This document shows, one piece after another, positions 30,650 to 39,931 of a stretch of 64,000 nt of DNA (position 1 is its first letter; the number at the start of each line of letters is the position of its first letter). Under the pieces are notes generated by a model. It did no database searches. It was given only the letters and a program-made list of their open reading frames with translations, and had not been told where the DNA came from. A program made the position numbers and the translations under genes. The DNA comes from an uncultured Acidobacteriota bacterium (GTDB lineage Bacteria; Acidobacteriota; Terriglobia; Acidiferrales; UBA7541): positions 270,196-334,195 of the forward strand of contig CAWJSH010000009.1 of assembly GCA_963845465.1 (NCBI GenBank), in the 5' to 3' direction.

Positions 30650-31975
30650 ATGGCACTCAACGCTACGCTGATTAAAAGCACTGGAGTTGCCGCGCTCGGC
30701 GGCCTGCTCTTCGGCTTCGACACCGCCGTCATCTCCGGCACAACCCAGTCGCTGACCCAGGTCTACCACCTCACCCCGTATCTCCTCGGCGTCACCGTCT
30801 TTAGCGCCATCCTCGGCACGATCTTCGGTTCGATGTTCGCCGGAATCCCCGGCGAAAAATACGGCCGCCGCGACAGCCTGCGCGTCCTCGCCATCCTTTA
30901 TCTCGTCTCGTCGCTTGGTTGCGCGTTCGCCTGGAACTGGTACGCGCTCGTCTTCTTCCGCTTCATCGGCGGCCTCGGCATCGGCGGCTCGTCGGTACTG
31001 GGCCCAACTTACATCGCCGAGCTCGCTCCCGCCAAATTTCGCGGCCGCCTCGTCGGACTTTTCCAGTTCAATGTCGTCCTCGGCATCCTCCTCGCGTATT
31101 TTTCGAATTACATCGTCGGCTTATTCAATTTCGGCGCCGACGAATGGCGCTGGAAGTTCGCTGTCCCCGCCGCGCCCGCCCTTTTGTTTTTTGTCCTCCT
31201 TTTCGCTATCCCGCGAAGCCCGCGCTGGCTCGCCAAACAAAAACGTGTCGATGAAGCCCGCGAAGTCCTGAAACAAGTCGGCGAGCCCGACTACGAGCAA
31301 GAGCTTCAGGAGATCGTCCAATCGATCGACAGCGAACATGCTGAGAGCGACAAACTCTTCTCATGGAAATATCGCTTCCCGATTTTTCTCGCCGTCACCA
31401 TCGGCATGTTCAATCAGTTCAGCGGCATCAACGCCATCCTCTATTACATCAACGACATTTTCGCGGCCGCCGGCTTCAGCAAAGTGTCCGGTGATCTCCA
31501 GTCCGTTGCCATCGGCGCCACAAACTTGTTCTTCACGATGCTGGCCATGACCGTCATCGACAAAATCGGCCGCAAAACGCTGCTGCTGATCGGCTCGGTT
31601 GGCACCGCGCTATGCCTCGGCGGCGTCGCCTACATTTTTTTCGCGCACCAGCACCAGAGCCTTCTCGTCTGGCTCCTCGTTGGCTTCATCGCCTTCTTCG
31701 GGTTTTCCCAGGGCGCCGTCATCTGGGTTTACATCGGCGAAGTTTTCCCCAATCAGGTGCGCGCGAAAGGCCAGAGCCTCGGCAGCTTCTCGCACTGGTT
31801 CATGAACGGCGCGATCTCGCTCGTCTTCCCGGTCATCGCCCACTCCAGCGGCGCCTACCCGTTCGTCTTTTTCTCCGTCATGATGGTCGTGCAATTCATC
31901 GTCGTCGGCGCCTTCTACCCCGAGACGAAAGGCGTCTCGCTCGAAGAGATGCAACACAAACTCGGAATCGCATAA
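30650..31975 (+). CDS. Sugar porter family MFS transporter (XylE/GalP-like)
   Basis: GGLLFGFDTAVISG, YIAELAP, PRSPRWL, QFSGINAILYY, DKIGRK, PETKG. Confidence 0.95.
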   Translation: MALNATLIKSTGVAALGGLLFGFDTAVISGTTQSLTQVYHLTPYLLGVTVFSAILGTIFGSMFAGIPGEKYGRRDSLRVLAILYLVSSLGCAFAWNWYALVFFRFIGGLGIGGSSVLGPTYIAELAPAKFRGRLVGLFQFNVVLGILLAYFSNYIVGLFNFGADEWRWKFAVPAAPALLFFVLLFAIPRSPRWLAKQKRVDEAREVLKQVGEPDYEQELQEIVQSIDSEHAESDKLFSWKYRFPIFLAVTIGMFNQFSGINAILYYINDIFAAAGFSKVSGDLQSVAIGATNLFFTMLAMTVIDKIGRKTLLLIGSVGTALCLGGVAYIFFAHQHQSLLVWLLVGFIAFFGFSQGAVIWVYIGEVFPNQVRAKGQSLGSFSHWFMNGAISLVFPVIAHSSGAYPFVFFSVMMVVQFIVVGAFYPETKGVSLEEMQHKLGIA

Positions 31976-31990
31976 ACTCTTCCTGGGCCC

Positions 31991-33940
31991 ATGTATCCTC
32001 CGCAAGCCAGAAACCGACCCACCGCCGACCACGTCTTTGGAGTGCGGCGCTGCCGCGCCGCCTTTCGATGCGTAAGCCCGAACACAAAGCTTGTCTCTTC
32101 TAGCAGCATTGACTCGGCCCTGGCGAGTCTCCCTCTCTCGCAGCCGCCCAACAGTCAACGCAGGCCACTGCCCAACAAAGTCCCACGACCGCGCCGCAAA
32201 AAGCTCCTGCTGCCTCAAAACGCGCTAACAACGGCAGCCAGCCGCCACGATCCCCCCGGCAACGAAGCCTGCGCCAAATGCCACTCCGCCATCGCCGCCT
32301 CCTACTCCCAAACCGCCATGTCCGGAGCCAGCGGCCAAGCGATCGACCAACTTACGCCCGCCGATTTCACCCACGCCGCCTCCGGCGTCCACTATCGCGT
32401 GTACGCGGAAAACAACGCCGCCATGCTCTCCTTCGATCGCCCCGACGATCCCACGATGCACGGCACGCGCCGCCTCCAATACTTCATCGGCTCCGGCCAC
32501 CGCGGCCGCACCTATCTCTTCTCGCTCGACGGTTTCTTCTTCGAATCCCCCATCAACTGGTACGCTCAGAAAAAAGTCTGGGACACCGCGCCCGCCTTCC
32601 AGGATGCGAAGTTCATGCCGATGAATCTCCCCGCCTATCCCGGCTGCCTCAATTGCCACACCAGCGCGTCGCGCGCGCCCATCGCTGGCACCGAAAATAG
32701 ATACGACACGCCGCTCTTCGCGCACGACGGCATCACCTGCGAACGCTGCCACGGCGACAACGCCGCGCACATCGCCACCGGCAAAGGCGAAATCGTCAAT
32801 CCTTCAAAGCTCGCGCCCGCGCGCCGCGACGACGTCTGCATGCAATGCCACCTCGAAGGCAACGTCGCCATCGAGCAGCCCCACCGCAAGCTCGCCAACT
32901 ATCACCCCGGCGAAGATCTCGGCGACGATGTCCACTACTACATCTATGTCGATCAGGAATCACAACAGATTCGCGCGCTCGGCCAGTCCGAAGCGCTCTG
33001 GCAAAGCGTCTGCAAAATCAAATCCGGCGACAAGATGACCTGCACCACGTGCCACGATCCGCATTCGACGCCCGCACCCGAAAAGCGCGTCGCCTTCTAT
33101 CGCGCGAAATGCCTCACGTGTCACACCGACGCGTTCGGTGCGCAGCATCACGCCGATCAGCCCGACTGCACCTCATGCCACATGCCGCGCACCAACACCT
33201 CAAACGTCGCGCACACGCAGGCCACCGATCACCGCATCCTCAAATTGCCGATGATGCCGCTGCAAAGTTTGCAGACCGGCGCCCCAGCACAGCTCGTCCG
33301 CTTCCCGCCGCCGTCGCAGCAGACAGAAATACCGAGCGCAGACGCAAACGTATCCTCATCTACTCCCGCAAAGCCTCCAGCGCAAACGAGCGCCGCGCAA
33401 TCGGATCTCTCCGCTGCCATGCCGTCCGCAACACCGGAGAAAACCGCGCCCGCAGGCGACGCGCGCGATCTCGCCCTGGCCTGGGAAGCGATCGCGCAGG
33501 AAGGCCACTCCTCAGCCGCCATCGAAGCCGAGCGCTATCTCAATCAAGCCATCCTCGAACATCCCGACGATCCCGTACTGCTCGACAGCCTCGCCTTCAT
33601 CGCGCAGCGACGCGGCGATCTCGCCAAAGCGCGCCAACTCTACGAACACGCGCTCCAGGCCGATCCGCAGATGATCGACGCCGCCGCAAATCTCGGCGTC
33701 ATCGAAGCCCGCGCCGGAAATTACAGTCGCGCCGCCGACCTCTGGGGCCCCGCTTTCGCCCGCGCTCCCGGCCGCAGCGCCATTGGCATGAACCTCGCCC
33801 ACATCTCCTGCGACACCGGCCAGTTCGACAAAGCCCGCGCCTACGTCGCCCGCGTCCTCCAATTCAACCCCGATTCCCCCAGCGCCAAAAATTTCGCCAA
33901 AGCCCTCTCCGCCGACCCACCCAACTGCAAATCCCGCTGA
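31991..33940 (+). CDS. Multiheme c-type cytochrome (7 CxxCH) with C-terminal TPRs; N-terminus probably frameshifted (likely start ATG ~32068)
   Basis: CAKCH, CLNCH, CERCH, CMQCH, CTTCH, CLTCH, CTSCH; TPR-like repeats (ARQLYEHALQADP, AYVARVLQFNP). Confidence 0.85.
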   Translation: MYPPQARNRPTADHVFGVRRCRAAFRCVSPNTKLVSSSSIDSALASLPLSQPPNSQRRPLPNKVPRPRRKKLLLPQNALTTAASRHDPPGNEACAKCHSAIAASYSQTAMSGASGQAIDQLTPADFTHAASGVHYRVYAENNAAMLSFDRPDDPTMHGTRRLQYFIGSGHRGRTYLFSLDGFFFESPINWYAQKKVWDTAPAFQDAKFMPMNLPAYPGCLNCHTSASRAPIAGTENRYDTPLFAHDGITCERCHGDNAAHIATGKGEIVNPSKLAPARRDDVCMQCHLEGNVAIEQPHRKLANYHPGEDLGDDVHYYIYVDQESQQIRALGQSEALWQSVCKIKSGDKMTCTTCHDPHSTPAPEKRVAFYRAKCLTCHTDAFGAQHHADQPDCTSCHMPRTNTSNVAHTQATDHRILKLPMMPLQSLQTGAPAQLVRFPPPSQQTEIPSADANVSSSTPAKPPAQTSAAQSDLSAAMPSATPEKTAPAGDARDLALAWEAIAQEGHSSAAIEAERYLNQAILEHPDDPVLLDSLAFIAQRRGDLAKARQLYEHALQADPQMIDAAANLGVIEARAGNYSRAADLWGPAFARAPGRSAIGMNLAHISCDTGQFDKARAYVARVLQFNPDSPSAKNFAKALSADPPNCKSR

Positions 33941-33961
33941 CCTTTCGCCATCATTTTCTGT

Positions 33962-33987
33962 GTAGGGGCGCAGCATGCTGCGCCCCA
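33962..33987. repeat. GTAG/GTAC-tagged REP family B (GTA(G/C)GGGCGCAGCA..GCTGCGCCCC); other copies at 10985-11010, 12345-12371, 21334-21359, 35927-35953, 59121-59147, 60174-60200, 62064-62090
   Basis: Eight copies with a shared stem; five are followed by a conserved (T/G)G(T/C)CCGCA tail. Confidence 0.9.
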
Positions 33988-34017
33988 TGTCCGCACGATT
34001 GCTCTGGTGCGAGATCT

Positions 34018-34107
34018 GTCATTTCGACCGGAGCGAGTCGACGCTTTTTCTTCGCGTTCACTTCCTGTGAACGCGTCGGCTCGCGCAGTGGAGAAATCTC
34101 TCTTCGA
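34018..34107. repeat. About 90-bp structured repeat; second copy at 37759-37848
   Basis: The copies align end to end (GTCATT...AATCTCTCTTCGAT) with nested inverted repeats. Confidence 0.88.
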
Positions 34108-34212
34108 TTGATCGCGGAGCCGCGAGAACTTGTTGTCATCCGGCGTCGCCCCCAATCTACCCATTCCCCTCATCCCCGCATCCAACACCGGACAAATTTA
34201 AGGGAGCTTAAA

Positions 34213-34965
34213 ATGAATCTCACCGGCAACACCATCTTCATCACCGGCGGCACCTCCGGCCTCGGCCGCGCCTACGCCGAAGCCTTCCACAAGCTCGGCA
34301 ATCAAGTCATCATCTCCGGCCGTCGCAAAGGCCATCTCACCGAAATCACCAACGCCAATCCCGGCATGAAAGCCGTCGAACTCGACGTCGCGAATCCCGA
34401 CAACATCGTCGCGGTCTGCAAGAAACTCATCGCCGACTATCCGAAGCTCAACGCCGTCATGAACAACGCCGGCATCATGCAGCTCGACGACACTTCCACC
34501 GTGATGGACGACGCGCAAGCAACTTCGATCATCACCACCAATCTCCTGGGCCCGATTCGCGTCACTTCCGCTCTCATCGAGCACTTCAAAAAGCAGCCCG
34601 CCGCCTACGTCATGACCGTTTCTTCCGGCCTCGGCTTCACTCCCATGAACGCCACCGCCATCTACTGCGCCACCAAAGCCGCAATTCATTCCTATTCGCT
34701 GACCACCCGCTACAAACTCAAGGACACCAACGTGAAACTCATCGAAATCGTCCCGCCCTGGGTCCAGACCGATCTCCTCAACAGCAAAGACAATCCCAAC
34801 GCCATGCCGCTCGCCGATTTCATCGCCGAATCGATGAAGCTGCTCGGCACCGACGCCGACGAAATCCTCGTCGAGCGCGTCAAAGTGCTCCGCAACAACC
34901 CCGGCCCCAACGAGCACGCCTTCTTCAACAAATTCCAGGAAATCATCGCCCAAGCCACGCACTGA
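34213..34965 (+). CDS. SDR oxidoreductase (DltE-like)
   Basis: ITGGTSGLG, MNNAGI, YCATKAAIHS; GGGAG RBS upstream of ATG 34213. Confidence 0.92.
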   Translation: MNLTGNTIFITGGTSGLGRAYAEAFHKLGNQVIISGRRKGHLTEITNANPGMKAVELDVANPDNIVAVCKKLIADYPKLNAVMNNAGIMQLDDTSTVMDDAQATSIITTNLLGPIRVTSALIEHFKKQPAAYVMTVSSGLGFTPMNATAIYCATKAAIHSYSLTTRYKLKDTNVKLIEIVPPWVQTDLLNSKDNPNAMPLADFIAESMKLLGTDADEILVERVKVLRNNPGPNEHAFFNKFQEIIAQATH

Positions 34966-34967
34966 TT

Positions 34968-34997
34968 CTCTGTGCTCTCTGCGTCCTCTGTGGTGAA
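34968..34997. repeat. Repeat family D (CTCTG(T/C)G-rich, ending CTCTGTGGTGAA); other copies at 60343-60373, 63328-63358; related reverse-type copies at 12258-12301, 13579-13625
   Basis: Internally repetitive CTCTG units, located just downstream of genes. Confidence 0.8.
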
Positions 34998-35041
34998 TTC
35001 TCTTTTCTGATTCCGCTCGCTCGCGTCCTTCAAGCAACCTT

Positions 35042-35068
35042 GTCATCCTGAGCGAAGCGAAGGATCTC
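35042..35068. repeat. Repeat family C (GTCATCCTGAG...GGATCTC); other copies at 59055-59081 and a variant at 60265-60301
   Basis: Two identical copies and one with an internal extra hairpin. Confidence 0.85.
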
Positions 35069-35203
35069 AGAAATCAGCCGCGCCACCAATTTGCCAAAAA
35101 TTGACATGGCTTTGCCCTAACAGATTCGACTTTTCTCAATCGTTTCGGGATAATTTCCCGCACGAATCCCCGCTTTGATTCGACAGGTCAGGAGATCAAC
35201 AGA

Positions 35204-35860
35204 ATGCTGCGCATCAACGACGAAGCTCCCAATTTCACTGCCGAAACCTCGCAAGGAAAAATCAATTTCCACGAATGGATCGGCGATAGCTGGGCCATCC
35301 TTTTTTCTCACCCGAAAGACTTCACGCCCGTCTGTACCACTGAGCTCGGCTACATGGCCGGTCTCGAGCCCGAATTCAAAAAGCGCAACGTGAAGATCAT
35401 CGGCCTCAGCGTCGATCCCGTCACGTCGCACAGCAAGTGGATTGAAGACATTCAGGAAACGCAGGGCCATCGCGTCAATTACCCGATGATCGGCGACCCG
35501 ACGCTCGAAATCGCCAAGCTCTACAACATGCTCCCCGCCGAAGCCGGCAATACTTCCGACGGCCGCACCGCCGCCACCAACGCCACGGTTCGCACCGTGT
35601 TCGTCGTCGGCCCCGACAAGAAAATCAAATTGATGCTCAGCTATCCGATGAGCACCGGCCGCAACTTCGACGAAGTCCTCCGCGTCGTCGATTCCATGCA
35701 GCTCACCGCCAAGCACAAAGTCGCGACGCCGGTGAATTGGAAAGACGGCGATGACGTCATCATTCTCCCGTCCGTTTCCGAAGACGAGGCGAAACAGAAG
35801 TATCCCGGCGGCTGGAAGGCCCCGCGCCCGTATCTGCGCATCGTGAAGCAACCGAAGTAA
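35204..35860 (+). CDS. 1-Cys peroxiredoxin (Prx6 type)
   Basis: FSHPKDFTPVCTTELG, YPMSTGRNFDE, ATPVNWKDG. Confidence 0.96.
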   Translation: MLRINDEAPNFTAETSQGKINFHEWIGDSWAILFSHPKDFTPVCTTELGYMAGLEPEFKKRNVKIIGLSVDPVTSHSKWIEDIQETQGHRVNYPMIGDPTLEIAKLYNMLPAEAGNTSDGRTAATNATVRTVFVVGPDKKIKLMLSYPMSTGRNFDEVLRVVDSMQLTAKHKVATPVNWKDGDDVIILPSVSEDEAKQKYPGGWKAPRPYLRIVKQPK

Positions 35861-36114
35861 CAATCTATGATCTCGGCAAGCCCATGTAGCGGCCTAGTCG
35901 AAGCCTCATGATCTCGGCAAGGTCATGTAGGGGCGCAGCACTGCTGCGCCCCAGCTTGCCCGGGCGTAAAGTTTCGGCACGCTTTGTTTTTTCTTCCCGT
36001 GCCGTTGACTTCAATTGCGACGCAGCGGACCGCCATCGATTTGTGGGTCGCGGTTTTAACCGCGACGTTAATCCACGAGAAAGAAAGGGCTTCAGCCCCT
36101 GAAGGTTCGCCGCC

Positions 36115-37548
36115 ATGATCCTCAAACAGTTCTACCTCGCCTGCCTCGCCCACGCCTCCTACCTCATCGGCGACGAACAAACCGGCGTCGCCGCCGTCGT
36201 CGACCCCCAGCGCGACATCGACCAATACATCGCCTTCGCCGCCGAGCACCACCTCCACATCAAGCACGTCTTCCTCACCCATCTCCACGCCGACTTCATC
36301 GCCGGCCACCTCGAGCTCCGCGATCGGGTCGGCGCCAAAATCTATCTGGGCGCCTCCGCCAAAGCGAAATACGCCTTCACTCCGTTAAAAGATGGAGAGG
36401 GAATCGAATTCGGCAAAGTCCGTCTGAGGGTCCTCGAAACTCCCGGCCACACGCCCGAATCAATCTCGATTCTCGTCTATGACCTGGCCGCGAGCGATTC
36501 AAAACCAAACGCCGTCCTTACCGGCGACACCCTCTTCATCGGCGATGTCGGCCGCCCCGACTTCCGCGCCGCCCTCGGTTGGTCCGCCACGCAACTCGGC
36601 GGCATGCTCTACGAATCCCTCCACAACAAACTTCTTCCGCTCCCCGACGCCAGCCTCGTCTATCCCGCTCACGGCGCCGGCTCGCTCTGCGGCAAAGCCA
36701 TCAGCAAAGAAACCGTCTCCACCATCGGCGAACAGCGCCGCGTCAACTACGCGCTCCAGCCGATGACCAAAGACGCCTTTATCCAGGTCGTCACCGCCGA
36801 TCAGCCCGAAGCTCCCGACTACTTCACCTACGACGCCGTCCTCAACAGCGAGGAGCGCCCCACGCTCGATCAAGCCCTCGAACAAGGCCTGAATCCGCTC
36901 CCACTCGATTCCGTCCTCGGTTTACAGTCCGCCGGCGCGCAAATCCTCGACACGCGCGATCCCGCCGAATTCGCCGCCGCTCATCTCAAAGGCAGCATCA
37001 ACATCGGTCTCGGCGGCCAATACGCCACTTGGGCCGGCACCATCCTCAATCGCGAGGATCCCATCGTCATCATCGCCGCTCCCGGCCGCGAAAAAGAATC
37101 CGCCGTCCGCCTCGGCCGCATCGGCTTCGACCACATCGTCGGCTACCTCCGCGACGGCCTCCGCAGCCTGGACTCTCGTCCCGACTTAGTCACGACCACC
37201 AAATCGTTCAGCCCGCAGTACGCCCTCGAAGCGATGGCTGGTTCAAAAACATCGCTCGACCCCAACGCCACGGTCGATCTGAACCCGCCGCTGGTGATCG
37301 ACGTCCGAAATCCCGGCGAACGCACCCGCAAATACATCGACAATAGCGAAAGCATCCCCCTCGCTCACCTCGTCGAGAACTCCGCCAAGCTCCCGCACGA
37401 CCGCGACATACTCGTCTACTGCGCCGGCGGCTATCGCTCCTCTATCGCCGCCAGCCTCCTTCAACGCTCCGGCTTCACAAAAGTCGCCGAAATCGCCGGC
37501 GGCCTAGCCGCATGGGAATCCGCCCACCTCCCCGTTCGAACTCCGTAG
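36115..37548 (+). CDS. MBL-fold hydrolase with tandem rhodanese domains (persulfide dioxygenase/sulfurtransferase-like)
   Basis: THLHADF, TPGHT, GDTLF, YPAHGAGSLCG; rhodanese motifs DTRDPAEFAAAHLKGS and VYCAGGYRS. Confidence 0.92.
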   Translation: MILKQFYLACLAHASYLIGDEQTGVAAVVDPQRDIDQYIAFAAEHHLHIKHVFLTHLHADFIAGHLELRDRVGAKIYLGASAKAKYAFTPLKDGEGIEFGKVRLRVLETPGHTPESISILVYDLAASDSKPNAVLTGDTLFIGDVGRPDFRAALGWSATQLGGMLYESLHNKLLPLPDASLVYPAHGAGSLCGKAISKETVSTIGEQRRVNYALQPMTKDAFIQVVTADQPEAPDYFTYDAVLNSEERPTLDQALEQGLNPLPLDSVLGLQSAGAQILDTRDPAEFAAAHLKGSINIGLGGQYATWAGTILNREDPIVIIAAPGREKESAVRLGRIGFDHIVGYLRDGLRSLDSRPDLVTTTKSFSPQYALEAMAGSKTSLDPNATVDLNPPLVIDVRNPGERTRKYIDNSESIPLAHLVENSAKLPHDRDILVYCAGGYRSSIAASLLQRSGFTKVAEIAGGLAAWESAHLPVRTP

Positions 37549-37574
37549 GTAGCACCGGCACTCCTGCTTGTGCT
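37549..37574. repeat. Repeat family F (GT(A/G)GCAC(A/C)GGCACTC(C/T)TGC(C/T)TGTGCT); second copy at 63481-63506
   Basis: Two near-identical 26-bp imperfect palindromes next to gene ends. Confidence 0.75.
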
Positions 37575-37894
37575 CCTTATCCCCACCCTTCACCGCCAAT
37601 TCGAACAGACACCTCCCCTCAAACTGCAAGTTCGAACAGACAGTTCTCTTCAATCACGATTTATTTGGAGTGCGGCGCTGCCGCGCCGCTTTTACAATCG
37701 CCGCAAGCTCTCACGACTTCCTCTAAGGCGCCCAAACCATGTCGCGCCATAAGCCACTGTCATTCCGACCGAGCAAGCCGACGCTTTTTCTTCGCGTTCG
37801 CTTCCTGCGAACGCGTCGGCCTTGCGCAGCCGAGGAATCTCTCTTCGATGTATCGCGGCAGCCTCGACACCGAGCGCCCACCCGGGAAAACCAC

Positions 37895-37923
37895 TTGACA
37901 AACGTTATCAAATAAGGTAATAT
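37895..37923 (+). promoter_or_regulatory. sigma70-type promoter with no downstream plus-strand gene
   Basis: TTGACA-17 nt-TAATAT. Confidence 0.55.
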
Positions 37924-38091
37924 GCCGCTTGTAGAAACTCGCGCCCAAGCGCTTCCTAGACAACAACTCCATTAGAATCACATCCTTAGCAACTCAGCGC
38001 GCATAACCGCTTTATTTTCATATCCTTAGGAAAAGCACCCGGGGGGGTGGGCAGCGGCCCAACCTAAATTCCCAAAATGAAACTCGACCGG

Positions 38092-39869
38092 CTACCGCAA
38101 GCGAGAGTCGATCTTCGCCACGTAAACTCCATAAGGCTCGAGACTTATCGTCGCCGTATCTCCCGGCGAAGCTTTCGCCCCGACAGCAATTAAAGTCGCT
38201 GCCCTCGCCGAAGGCGCCGCAACCTTTCCAAGCTCCAGCTTCACGCTCTGCGCCGATTCCGACATATTCAGCGCCACGATCACAGTCTGTCCGCCGAAGT
38301 CTTGCCGCGCAAACGCCAGCACGTTCGGATCGTTGCCATTCAACTCGACGTACTTGCCTTCGCGCAACGCCGGTTCGCTCGCCGCGCAGCGCAATGATCT
38401 TCCGATACAAACTCAAAATCGAGTTCGGATCTGTTGCTCTCCGTCGCAACATTGTGCGTCTTAAAATTCGGCGCCACCGGCAACCACGGCTTCCCGGTTG
38501 TAAATCCCGCATTCGCGGCATCGCTCCACTGCATCGGCGTCCGCTCGCCGTCGCGCCCAATCTCCTTCGGCCAGCCACGCCGCCCCTGAGGATCCTGCAC
38601 ATCCTCTTTGCGCTTCGGATCGTTGTTCTCCATGCCGATCTCTTCGCCGTAATACATGATCGGCGTGCCGCGCAGCAGCATGTACATCGTCGCGGCCAGC
38701 TTCGCGATCTGATCGTTGTTCTTGCCGTCGCCCCAGCGCGTGTACGAACGCACGATGTCGTGATTGCTGATCACAAAAACCGGCCAGCCGCCCGCATCTT
38801 CCAGCGCCGTGATGTGCTCGCGAAATTGCGGCGCCGAAAGTTTCGGAAACTGCGTGAGCATCAGATCCATCGGCATTTGCAGCTCGTCATTTTTTTCGCC
38901 GTAGTAATCGCGAAGCTCCGACACGTTCGCCGTCCACGTTTCGCCGATCAGCACCGCATTGTATTCGTCGGCCAGCTTGCGCATATCGCGCATCACGTCG
39001 TGAACTTCCGGCAGCTTCTTGTTGTAAATCTCGTGCTCGTTCGGAAATCCGAATTTATCCAGCCCCGGCAGCAGCGGATTGTCTTTCAGATCGGGATCTT
39101 CAAACAGCGTATCGACCGCATCGAGCCGGAATCCCGCCACGCCGCGCTTGTACCAGAAGCGCATGCAATCCAGCATCGCCTTGCGCACTTCCGGATTGCG
39201 CCAGTTCAAATCAGGCTGCTGCGCGTAGAAATAGTGGTAGTAATACTGTCCCGTCGTCGGATCGAGAGTCCACGTCGATCCGCCAAACGTCGAAGTCCAG
39301 TTGTTTGGCGGTTTCCCGTCTTTGCCGTCGCGCCAGATGTACCAGTCGCGCTTCGGATTCGTCTTCGACGATTTCGATTCCAGAAACCATTTGTGCTGAT
39401 CCGAAGTGTGATTCGGCACGAAGTCGAGAATGATTTTGATGTTGTGCGCTTTGGCTTTCGCAACAAGTTCATCAAAGTCGGCGAGCGTCCCATACATCGG
39501 ATCGATTGCTTCATAGTCCGAAACGTCGTAACCGAAATCCACCTGCGGAGAAGGGAAGCACGGCGTTATCCAGATGGCATCGACGCCGAGATGCTGCAAA
39601 TAATCGAGCTTCGACGTGATGCCTTTCAAATCTCCGACGCCGTCGCCGTTGCTGTCCGCAAAACTCCGCGGATAAATCTCATAAAACACCGCGTGGTTGA
39701 ACCATTCGTGCCCCGCGGCATCCTTCGTGCCTTTCGCTTGCGCGCCTGCGTCCTGCTTCTGCCCGGATACAGCGGCATCTTTCTTCTGTTCTTCTTGCGC
39801 GCCGCCCCGCGGCGTAAGAGCACACATAGCGATCACCAATATTCCCGCGAGGACCCAGGCCTTGGTCAT
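38092..39869 (-). CDS. Exported GH13 alpha-glucosidase (oligo-1,6-glucosidase/MalL-like), frameshift ~38390
   Basis: Signal peptide MTKAWVLAGILVIAMCAL; YEIYPRSF, DFVPNHTSDQH, QPDLNW, GFRLDAV, IGETW, SNHD, RDGERTPMQW. Confidence 0.93.
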
Positions 39870-39931
39870 GGAAGCCTCCTCATCGGTCAAGTTCAACGAC
39901 GGGCCGAATGCAATTACACCATCAGCTTGTC

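Noticed and set aside
32845-34212. Apparent 450-aa N-terminal extension fused to the DltE-like SDR
   Set aside because: It is an alternative frame of the cytochrome gene plus intergenic repeats; the SDR has its own RBS and ATG at 34213.
33962-37850. CRISPR array
   Set aside because: The repeats are dispersed and of several families, with no constant repeat-spacer period and no cas genes.
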